From Acidimicrobiaceae bacterium (GTDB taxonomy: Bacteria > Actinomycetota > Acidimicrobiia > Acidimicrobiales > Aldehydirespiratoraceae), in the NCBI GenBank assembly GCA_009842325.1, contig VYFQ01000003.1:262693-326692 (forward strand): DNA of 64,000 nucleotides, given 5' to 3'. Each line of letters starts with the position of its first letter. Positions within the stretch are counted from its first letter, which is position 1. The notes under the pieces were generated by a model, which saw nothing but the letters and a program-made list of their open reading frames with translations, was not told the DNA's origin and did no database searches. The position numbers and the translations under genes are program-made. Shown here piece after piece: positions 47,662 to 59,023 of this stretch.

Positions 47662-48498
47662 GTGTCCCACCCCTATGGCTTGATGCTCGGCACCGGATCC
47701 GATCGGTGGCATGATCGGAGTGTGGGTGAGGCCGCGGATCGTTCGGGACGGGCAGCCACAGTCGCGGCCGTTAGTGATATCGGGCCGCGACAGGTGAATG
47801 AGGACCGGGCGTTGGCGGTGATCTCAGACGACGATGGCAGTTGGGTTATCGCGGTGGCCGACGGGCTGGGCGGGCACACCCGGGGTGACGAGGCCGCTCA
47901 GGCCGCGGTGGAGGGGCTGCCTTATCGGATCGCCAGCGCGGATGGGATGGCGGTCGCCTTCGGAGAGGCCAACGAGCGGGTGCTGGCTCTGACCGGGCCG
48001 GAGACGTGGCAGAAGAACCTGCCCATGTTCATGTTCCCCATGAGCACGCTGTGCGTTGCCGCCTGGACGCCCGACGGCGGTCTGCTGATCGGCTGGATGG
48101 GCGACACCCTGCCCTTCATCGCCACCGCGCAGGCTGGTGGGTTCAGCGGTTTCCTCTGCGGCCGCCCGCACCGGGTCCCGGGGGGCAGCATCGAGGTCTG
48201 CCTTGGCATGCCGCCCGCCGGCGCCGAGCCCGGGCCGGTAGAAGTCGAGATTATCGGGGAGTCCGGCGACGGGACTCGGCCCGACGCGGTGATCCTGGCC
48301 AGCGACGGCGCCTGGGAGCCGTTCGTCTACGAGCATGGCGTCGAATGGTTCTCGGACGACTCGGCGGGCGGCGGCATCGGAGCTGCCTGCGGAGTTGGTG
48401 CATCTACAGCCGAAGAGGTCGCCAACAACATCCTGGCCGGGGCCGTGGGCCTCGGCCTGGACGACAACGCCACCATCGCCGTCGCTCTCAGGAGCTGA
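47662..48498 (+). CDS. PP2C-family protein serine/threonine phosphatase (stand-alone, cytoplasmic)
   Basis: RQVNEDR, AVADGLGGHTRGDEAA, GWMGDT, ASDGAWE and the DDNATIAV motifs. There are no TM, FHA or kinase domains. The start is GTG 47662 or ATG 47683, and no SD sequence was seen. Confidence 0.8.
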   Translation: MSHPYGLMLGTGSDRWHDRSVGEAADRSGRAATVAAVSDIGPRQVNEDRALAVISDDDGSWVIAVADGLGGHTRGDEAAQAAVEGLPYRIASADGMAVAFGEANERVLALTGPETWQKNLPMFMFPMSTLCVAAWTPDGGLLIGWMGDTLPFIATAQAGGFSGFLCGRPHRVPGGSIEVCLGMPPAGAEPGPVEVEIIGESGDGTRPDAVILASDGAWEPFVYEHGVEWFSDDSAGGGIGAACGVGASTAEEVANNILAGAVGLGLDDNATIAVALRS

Positions 48499-48642
48499 TC
48501 CGAGGCCCGCAAGGGTTTCAGTAGTATCGACTACTAGGATCGCCAATGGGGGTCTCCTATGACCGACGGTCGATCCTTCAAGCAGTTTCCCGGCGGGAAT
48601 CAAACACAGGCGTAGCCACGTCTCAGCGTCGATGAGGGCACG

Positions 48643-51051
48643 ATGAACACAAGACCCGCCGGAGCCCGAACCTTGGTCGGCGTGCTCACGCTTGCCGGTC
48701 TTGTGGCCGGCAGTTGCGGCCAAGACGTCGACGTCGCCCCGACGCCTGAACCCAGCACGACCGCAGGCACCAGCGAAAGCGCCCTGCTCGGCACCCCCAC
48801 GACCGCGACCACAGCCGCATCGACCACCGAAACCACAATGCCTGACTCCGGCTCCACCGAGGCCCAAACACCCGGCACTAACACAGAGAGCACTACCGAG
48901 GCGCCGGGCACGGTTCCGGTCGACGGCGACTCGGACGAAGCGGGCGCCGGTACCGACAACCCGGATGGCTCCAGTCGGGCCGGGACGAAGCCGGCTACGC
49001 CGGTAAGCAGAGAGCCGCGGCTGGCCTTCGTCAGCAACATGAACCACGACCCTGAGATCGTGGTCTGGGACGTCGACGGATCTAGCGAGCGGCTGCTGAC
49101 CGACAACTTCGACGATGACCGGCTGCCAGCCTGGTCCCCGAACGGCTCCCGGGTGGCCTTCGTGAGCGACCGGGCCAGCGATGGCGACTACGACATCTAC
49201 GTCGTCAACGCCGACGGCTCCAACCCGGTGCAGGTCACCGACGACGACTACCGGGAAACCCGCCTGGCCTGGTCGCCCGACGGCGCCCGCATCGCCTATG
49301 TGCGCTTCACGCACGACGAGGCCTACTACCGCCCCGACGACTTCCGGTACGGCGACGACCTCTCCGACTACAGCCGGGAGAACTTCGACATCTTCGTGAT
49401 CGACGCTGACGGCTCCAACCCGGTGCGGGTCACCGACGACGACTACCGGGAGCTGGCTCCAATGTGGTCGCCCGACGGAACGCGCATCGCCTACGTGCGC
49501 GACACGGAACCCGACCAGCGGGGCATCCGGCCCGAGATCATCGTCGTCGGTGCCGATGGCGCTGATCCGATCAGTCTGGCCCAAGGCGCGGTCGACCCCG
49601 TCTGGTCACCCGACGGCAGCCTCATCGCCTACCAACACCGCGGCAGCATCCACCTCGTCGAGCCGGACGGCTCAAGCACCAGGGAACTCGTCAGGGGGGA
49701 AGGTGCGAGCTGGTCGCCCGACGGCAGCCTCATCGTCTACAGCAGCGACCGATCTCCTGCTTCTGCCGACCGGGCCGGTGCCGGTGCAAGCACTGACGGC
49801 GTGCTGCTCCTGGCTGCGAACGACATCCGGCTGAACGACGAGCCCGAGCCGCTGCCGTGGGAGATCCACGTCATCGCCCCCGACCGCACCAACCACACCC
49901 AGCTCACCCAGCGCTCCCACGCCGGCTGGGACAAGTTCGACCCCCAGTGGTCGCCCGACGGAACCCGCATCCTCTACGCCTACCCCAGCTGGAGAGGCGA
50001 CGGGGAGGTCTACGTCATGAATGCCGACGGTACCGAGAGCCACCTGATCACCGACAACGGCCACAGCCCTGGCTGGTCACACGACAGCAGCAGCATCTAT
50101 TACACCCGCTTCCGGCCGCTGTCGTATCGGGCTCTCGACATCTTCGTGGTCCATCCTGACGGCACGAACCTTGCCACCCTCGTCGCCGATGCCGACAATC
50201 CAGCCTGGTCGCCCGACGGAACCCGCATCGCCTACAGCAGCTACGGCCAGATCACGGTGGCCAACGCAGACGGCACCGGTGCCCGGCAGCTCACTGACGT
50301 CCTCACCCACAGCTACGAGGGTCGGAACTTCGCGCCGGTGTGGTCGCCCGACGGAACCCGCATCGCCTACAACCACGGATCGACCTACTCCCAGACCTAC
50401 TTGATGGACCCCGACGGCACCAACAAGACGCTGCTGTCCCGTGACGCCAGCCGCGACCGGACCAACGTGTGGTCGCCGGACGGGTCGAAGATCGCCTTCG
50501 ACTACGGGCACGGCCACGACGCCGACGACATCGCGGTCATCAATCCCGACGGCACGGGACTGGTCAACCTCACTCCCGACGACGAGCGGCTCGGCACCAG
50601 CTTCGAGGCATGCCCCAGTTGGTCGCCGGACGGGTCAAAGATCGCCTTCGTCAGTCTGCCGGTCGAGGGCCGGGCCAACTCCGATGTCTGGGTCATCGAC
50701 GTCGATGGATCGAACCTGACCCAGCTCACACACAATCCAGGCAGCGACGGCTGCCCCGTCTGGTCGCCCGACGGGACCCGGATCATCTACTCCGTTTGGA
50801 GGGGCATCGAGGACTACTACGACGTCGCCGATCTGTGGATCATGAACGCCGACGGGAGCGACCGGCGGCTCTTCAAGGAGCATGGCACCGGCCCGGTCCT
50901 GTCGCCCGACGGCACCCAGATCGCCTTCATCAGCGACCGCGACGGCGACTGGGAGATCTTCGTCATGGACGCCGACGGCAGCAACGAGACCCAGCTCACG
51001 TTCAACAATGACAACGACTGGGGACCCGTCTGGTTCCCGCTGGGGGGATAG
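48643..51051 (+). CDS. large PD40 (TolB-like WD40-like beta-propeller repeat) lipoprotein
   Basis: Signal peptide plus LVAGSC lipobox, then a Thr/Pro/Ser/Glu-rich linker. About 13 repeats of the (W/L)SPDG(T/S)(R/K)IA(Y/F) type follow, spaced 40-60 aa apart; 802 aa. Confidence 0.85.
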   Translation: MNTRPAGARTLVGVLTLAGLVAGSCGQDVDVAPTPEPSTTAGTSESALLGTPTTATTAASTTETTMPDSGSTEAQTPGTNTESTTEAPGTVPVDGDSDEAGAGTDNPDGSSRAGTKPATPVSREPRLAFVSNMNHDPEIVVWDVDGSSERLLTDNFDDDRLPAWSPNGSRVAFVSDRASDGDYDIYVVNADGSNPVQVTDDDYRETRLAWSPDGARIAYVRFTHDEAYYRPDDFRYGDDLSDYSRENFDIFVIDADGSNPVRVTDDDYRELAPMWSPDGTRIAYVRDTEPDQRGIRPEIIVVGADGADPISLAQGAVDPVWSPDGSLIAYQHRGSIHLVEPDGSSTRELVRGEGASWSPDGSLIVYSSDRSPASADRAGAGASTDGVLLLAANDIRLNDEPEPLPWEIHVIAPDRTNHTQLTQRSHAGWDKFDPQWSPDGTRILYAYPSWRGDGEVYVMNADGTESHLITDNGHSPGWSHDSSSIYYTRFRPLSYRALDIFVVHPDGTNLATLVADADNPAWSPDGTRIAYSSYGQITVANADGTGARQLTDVLTHSYEGRNFAPVWSPDGTRIAYNHGSTYSQTYLMDPDGTNKTLLSRDASRDRTNVWSPDGSKIAFDYGHGHDADDIAVINPDGTGLVNLTPDDERLGTSFEACPSWSPDGSKIAFVSLPVEGRANSDVWVIDVDGSNLTQLTHNPGSDGCPVWSPDGTRIIYSVWRGIEDYYDVADLWIMNADGSDRRLFKEHGTGPVLSPDGTQIAFISDRDGDWEIFVMDADGSNETQLTFNNDNDWGPVWFPLGG

Positions 51052-51057
51052 CAGGCG

Positions 51058-53343
51058 CTAGACCGGCTCGAGGCGGGCGGGGACGTGCTTGTGCCACGGC
51101 GTGAGCGCGATCTCATCCTGCCAGCCGAGCGACGTGAGCTCGTTGGGGGAGACTCCGGAGCGGAAGTGCTCGCCGTTCTCGTCGGGGTAGTCGAGACCCA
51201 AACCGTTGGGAAGGCTGATATGGCCGGGCTGCATGGCGTCGTCGACACGCACGGTCGGCTCCGCGGATCCGGCCGCCGTGAGCAGCCGTACGCGGTCGCC
51301 GTCGACCAAGCCGTGGGCAGCCGCGTCGGCTGAGCACATCGCTAGCGCGCCCTCTTGATCGGCCTTGCGCCAGCCGGGATCCCGGAAGATGGTGTTCGCA
51401 GTGGACGAGCGGCGCTCGCCCGCCGACAGGACCAGCGGGAACTCGGACGTGGTATGGCCGGTCGGCGCGTCAGGCAGGGCCCGCAGCATCTCCACCAACT
51501 GCGGGATGTTGGCATGGATCTTGTTGTCGGCCGAGCCGAGCAAGTCCCAGGCCTCCTCATGCAGGTGGCTGGTGAACACGACCCCGTCGTCGCTGGCGAT
51601 GACCTTGTCGAACAGGGCGTCGCCCAATCCAGCGCCGTTCGGCTCGATGCCGGCTCGCCGCACCGCTTCCGGGTAGGCGCCCGCGCACCTGTGGGCCACG
51701 AACCACAGCGCCGCACCCTCGGCGCAGCCCTCAGGCAGCGTGGGGCCGAGCGTGCGGTACAGCACAGCAGCGCCGACACCGGCCAGGGAGGGCTTGGCCT
51801 CCACCGCGACGAAGAACGCGGCCGCGAATTCGGCCCGGCCGGACTCGGCCGCAGCTTGCAGCGGGGCGAGGTCGTCCGAGGTGTAGGCGCCCAGCGCCTC
51901 CGCCAGGCGAGCGTGGATCTCCGGCTCGGACAGCGTCCCCGGTGTCGGCGACAGCACCGGCTTGCGCAGGTAGAAGACGTTGTCGGGGAACTCGAAGTTG
52001 AAGAACACGGCCTCGGGCTTCTCGTACTGACTGGAGGCCGGGAGCACGTAGTCAGCGCGCCGGGCCGTCTCGGTCATGGCCACATCGATCACAACGGAGA
52101 ACTCCAAAGCGTCCATCGCCTCGCGGAACCGGGGCGAGTCCGCCAGCGAGTGCACCGGGTTGGCGCTCTCGATGATCATCGCCCGGAAGCGGTCGGGATG
52201 ATCGGTCAGGACCTCCTCCGCGATGGAGTTGCACGGGATCAAGCCGGCGATGATCGGCGCACCGGTCACCGGGGTGACCTTGGGCCGGGAGCGCCTGCCG
52301 CCGGTATCGCCTCCCATTCCGCCACTGCTCAACAGCGGCGCAAACGCGCTATGAGGGTGTATCGAGCCGGGCTTGGCGAAGCTGCCCCGCAGGATCCAGA
52401 TCAAACGCTGGAGATACGACACCAATGTGGAGTTGGGGCCCTGCTGAACGCCCAGGTCCTCGAAGATCGCCACCGACGAAGCCCGTCCGATGCGATGGGC
52501 GACCGTCTCCAACTCGGGGACGTCGATCCCGCAGCGTGCTGAGAAGTCACTGATCGACACCTCGCGGACCACGTCCAGCACCGACTCGATCTCCTCGACA
52601 TGCTCGGCCAGGAAGTCGTGGTCGATCAGGTCGTCGCGCACCATGATCGCCAGGATCGCGGCCACGCAGAAGGCGTCGGTCCCGGGGCGCACGGCCAGGT
52701 GATGGTCGGCCAGCTCCGCCGTCTTGGTACGGCGGGGATCGATCACGATCATGGCCCGATCGCCGTCGTTGGCGATGGCCCGGAGAATGCGGCGGGCCTC
52801 CGGGAAGCCGTGGCTCTGCCAAGGGTTCTTCCCCAGGAACACCGCCACCTCGGCGTGCTCGAAATCGGCTCGGGTGTGGGCCCGGTACAGGCGGGCCTCG
52901 ACGAACGCCTCGCCCGTCTTCTCCTGCGCGATCGCGTTGGACCGGTACTGCACGCCGAGGGCGTTGGCGACCGAGGCGCCGTACATCCCGCCGAGGTGGT
53001 TGCCCTGGCCCCCGCCGCCGTAGCGGAAGATCGTGGCGCCCCCGTAGGCGTCCCGCACAGCGGCCAGACGCTCGGCGACTTCGGCTATGGCGGTATCCCA
53101 GTCCACCTCCTCGTAGCTGCCGTCGGGCCGCCGTCGCATCGGCGACGTGAGACGGGCTCGATGGTTCTGGTAGCTGTCGAGCCGCAGCGCCTTCTCGCAC
53201 GTGTAGCCCTTGGAGCTGACGTGGTCCTTGTTCCCCCGTATCCGGGCGAACCGCCTCCCGTCGAGGCGCACCTCGATACCGCAGTTCGATTCGCACAGGA
53301 TGCAGGCAGTCTTGTGCCACGTCTGATCGGAGGGTCCTTCCAT
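51058..53343 (-). CDS. molybdopterin-dependent oxidoreductase (cytoplasmic, N-terminal 4Fe-4S motif)
   Basis: CILCESNCGIEV...KGYTCEKA is a C-x2-C-x3-C-x(n)-C cluster. 761 aa with MopB-like and C-terminal molybdopterin-binding beta-barrel regions, and no Tat signal. Confidence 0.8.
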   Translation of the reverse strand: MEGPSDQTWHKTACILCESNCGIEVRLDGRRFARIRGNKDHVSSKGYTCEKALRLDSYQNHRARLTSPMRRRPDGSYEEVDWDTAIAEVAERLAAVRDAYGGATIFRYGGGGQGNHLGGMYGASVANALGVQYRSNAIAQEKTGEAFVEARLYRAHTRADFEHAEVAVFLGKNPWQSHGFPEARRILRAIANDGDRAMIVIDPRRTKTAELADHHLAVRPGTDAFCVAAILAIMVRDDLIDHDFLAEHVEEIESVLDVVREVSISDFSARCGIDVPELETVAHRIGRASSVAIFEDLGVQQGPNSTLVSYLQRLIWILRGSFAKPGSIHPHSAFAPLLSSGGMGGDTGGRRSRPKVTPVTGAPIIAGLIPCNSIAEEVLTDHPDRFRAMIIESANPVHSLADSPRFREAMDALEFSVVIDVAMTETARRADYVLPASSQYEKPEAVFFNFEFPDNVFYLRKPVLSPTPGTLSEPEIHARLAEALGAYTSDDLAPLQAAAESGRAEFAAAFFVAVEAKPSLAGVGAAVLYRTLGPTLPEGCAEGAALWFVAHRCAGAYPEAVRRAGIEPNGAGLGDALFDKVIASDDGVVFTSHLHEEAWDLLGSADNKIHANIPQLVEMLRALPDAPTGHTTSEFPLVLSAGERRSSTANTIFRDPGWRKADQEGALAMCSADAAAHGLVDGDRVRLLTAAGSAEPTVRVDDAMQPGHISLPNGLGLDYPDENGEHFRSGVSPNELTSLGWQDEIALTPWHKHVPARLEPV

Positions 53344-53403
53344 AGGTGGCTACGGTAACCGCGCCGTCCGCCGGCGCAGGGTCCGCGGCCCCACCATAGG
53401 ATT

Positions 53404-53419
53404 GTGAACACATGTTCGC
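53404..53419. promoter_or_regulatory. LexA (SOS) box-like palindrome GTGAAC-ACAT-GTTCGC
   Basis: It matches the actinobacterial TCGAAC-N4-GTTCGA consensus in the GAAC-N4-GTTC core. It lies 22 nt upstream of the uvrA -10 hexamer and overlaps the expected -35 position. Confidence 0.6.
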
Positions 53420-53440
53420 CATGCTCGCGGGGCCAGCGGG

Positions 53441-53446
53441 TAGAGT
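53441..53446 (+). promoter_or_regulatory. -10 hexamer TAGAGT positioned for a leaderless uvrA transcript
   Basis: The hexamer ends 6 nt before the GTG at 53453, so the predicted +1 is the first base of the start codon. No SD sequence is present. Confidence 0.45.
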
Positions 53447-53452
53447 CTGAGC

Positions 53453-56340
<2,888 letters not shown>

Positions 56341-56347
<7 letters not shown>

Positions 56348-58197
56348 AACGGCCTGCGGCCGGGTCCATCCCGGACGCGCCCGGGTCGTACCAGTTCCTC
56401 GACGCCGAGGGCCGCGTCATCTACGTCGGCAAGGCCAAGAGCCTGCGCTCCCGGCTGAATAACTACTTCGGCTCGCACCTGCCGCTGCGCACGCGCCAGA
56501 TGGTGGACGCCGCCGCGTCGGTGGAGTGGATCCAGGTGGCCAACGAGGTCGAGGCTCTGATGCTCGAGTTCTCGCTGATCCAACGCCACAAGCCCCGGTT
56601 CAACGTGCGCTACACCGACGACAAGTCGTACCCGTTCCTGTGCGTGACCATGGTCGACGAGTGGCCCCGGGCCATGGTCATGCGGGGCCGGCGGCGCAAA
56701 GGCAACCGCTACTTCGGCCCCTACGGGCACGCATACGCCATCCGCGACACGCTCGACCTGCTGCTGCGCACGTTCCCGATCCGCACCTGCACCGACGGCA
56801 AGTTCCGCCGCTACGCCAGCCTGGGCAAGCCGTGCCTGCTGTACCACATCGAGAAGTGCTCGGGGCCGTGCGTGGGCGACGTATCCGCTGACGACTACGC
56901 CGAGATGGTGGCCGAACTGCTGCGCTTCCTGGAGGGTGACAGCGACCCGGTCCTAGACCGGCTTGAAGAAGAGATGTCGGCCGCGGCCGACGAACTCGAC
57001 TACGAGCGGGCCGCCCGCGTGCGCGACCGCCTGGCCGCGGTGCGCAAAGCGGTCGAGACCCAGCAGATGGTCGGTTCCCGCAACGAGGACTTCGACGTGA
57101 TCGGGCTGGTGGACGACGCCCTGGAGGCCGCGGTGCAGGTGTTCTTCGTGCGCCGGGGCCGGGTGATGGGACGCCGGGGCTTCATGATCGACAAGGCCGA
57201 GGATCTCGACCGGGCCGAGCTGGTGAGCCGGGCGCTGGAGCGGCTGTACTTCGACGACAACCCGCTGGGCTGGCCCAAGCTCGCGCTCGTCCCTGACATG
57301 CCGGCCGAGGCCGGCCTCTACACCGAGTGGCTGAGCGAGATGCGGGGATCTCGGGTGCAGATCCGGGTGCCGCAGCGGGGCTCCAAGCGGGCGCTCCAGA
57401 CCACCGTGACCCGTAACGCCGAGGAGTCGTTTGCACGTCACCGGCTCAAGCGCAGCACCGACCACAACAGCCGGGCCCGGGCCCTCAACGAACTCCAGGA
57501 GCACCTGGGACTGGCCGAGGCGCCTTTGCGCATCGAGTGCTACGACATGAGCCACCTGTCGGGGCAGGACTATGTGGGCTCGATGGTGGTGCTCGAGGAC
57601 GGCCTGCCCAAGAAGGCCGACTACCGGCGGTTCCGGCTGCGCTCCGTGCCCGGCAACGACGACTTCGCAGCCATGCACGAGGTGCTGACCCGACGGCTCA
57701 CCGGCTACCTGGAGCAGCGGTCCCGGCCGGTGACCGAACGCGACGGCAAGTTCTCGTACCCACCGCAGCTGCTGCTGGTGGACGGCGGCAAGGGCCAGCT
57801 GGGGGTGGCCGTGCGGGTCCTACAGGAGCTCGGCCTCGACGACGAGATCCCGACCGCGGCGCTGGCCAAGCAGTTCGAGGAGGTGTTCCTGCCCGGCCAG
57901 GCCGAACCGGTACGCCTCCCTCGCCAGTCCGAGGCCCTATACATGCTCCAGCGCATCCGCGACGAGAGCCACCGGTTCGCCATCTCCTACCACCGCACCC
58001 TGCGGGGCAAGCGCATGACCGGATCGGCCCTCGACGGGATCGCCGGGCTGGGACCGGTCCGCAAGGCCCGACTCACCAAGGAGCTCGGCGGCGTGCGAGC
58101 CGTACAGAGAGCGGAGCTGCACGAGCTGAAAGCCCTGCCCTGGCTACCGGACGCGGTAGCTGAGAACGTCCACGCCGCGTTCAACCGCGGCACCTGA
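56341..58197 (+). CDS. uvrC: excinuclease ABC subunit C
   Basis: GIY-YIG N-terminus [33 protein letters not shown] domain [11 protein letters not shown], and the C-terminal endonuclease and HhH region. The GTG at 56341 overlaps the uvrA stop by 7 nt; the ORF-track start at 54742 is an artefact of the open frame. Confidence 0.9.
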
Positions 58198-58210
58198 GAG
58201 GATTGAGCCG

Positions 58211-59014
58211 ATGCACGACTCGTTGAACGGCAAGGTCGTCCTCGTCACCGGGGCGGGGCGCGGTATCGGCCGGGCCATCGCCGAACGCTTCGCCGAGGCC
58301 GGATCCGCGGTCGCGGCGAACGACGTAGACGGCGAGGCTGCGGCTGGGACCGAGGCGGCGATCACAGACCGCGGCGGCACCGCGATGGCCGTGCCGGCCG
58401 ACGTGTCCGACAGCTCCCAGGTGGCCGCCATGGTCGACGCGGTCATGGCCGCTCACGGCCGCATCGACGTGCTGGTGAACAACGCCGGGCTTGTCGGCCC
58501 CACCCGCCACTTCTTCGAGGCCAACGAGTCGTGGTGGCGGCGCATCATCGACGTCAACCTCACCGGGCACTTCCTGGTGTCGCACCCGGTGGCGCGCATC
58601 ATGGCCACCCACGGCGGCGGCGCCATCATCAACATGAGTTCGGGCGGCGCCACTCGGGCCCACCGGTCCTTCACCGCCTATGACGCCACCAAGGGCGGGA
58701 TCGAGGCCCTCACCCGGGCCATGGCGCTGGACCTCGGCCCCTACAACGTGAGGGTCAACGCGCTGGTTCCCGGAGCGATCGACACCAGCGGCATGTCGGC
58801 GGAGGAGCGGGCGCTGCGGGGCGAGAACGTTCCACTGGGCCGGGTCGGCGAACCCCTCGACCTGACCGGCGCCGCGCTGTTCCTGGCCTCCGACGACGCC
58901 AGCTACATCACCGGCGAGACGCTGCGGGTGGACGGTGGGATGTTGGCCCAGCAGCGCTCGGCCAGCGTCGACATCGTCCCGCCCAACACCTTCCCGGCGG
59001 TCGAGGACCTCTAG
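58211..59014 (+). CDS. SDR family oxidoreductase
   Basis: VVLVTGAGRGIGRAIA, NNAG and YDATKGG (YxxxK) motifs; 267 aa. Confidence 0.85.
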   Translation: MHDSLNGKVVLVTGAGRGIGRAIAERFAEAGSAVAANDVDGEAAAGTEAAITDRGGTAMAVPADVSDSSQVAAMVDAVMAAHGRIDVLVNNAGLVGPTRHFFEANESWWRRIIDVNLTGHFLVSHPVARIMATHGGGAIINMSSGGATRAHRSFTAYDATKGGIEALTRAMALDLGPYNVRVNALVPGAIDTSGMSAEERALRGENVPLGRVGEPLDLTGAALFLASDDASYITGETLRVDGGMLAQQRSASVDIVPPNTFPAVEDL

Positions 59015-59023
59015 CCGGCGTCG

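Noticed and set aside
49130-50950. Regularly recurring 30-nt repeats that could look like a CRISPR array.
   Set aside because: The repeats lie in frame within one long ORF and encode the WSPDGTRIAY PD40 motif. Spacing is irregular (about 130-480 nt), and there are no cas genes.
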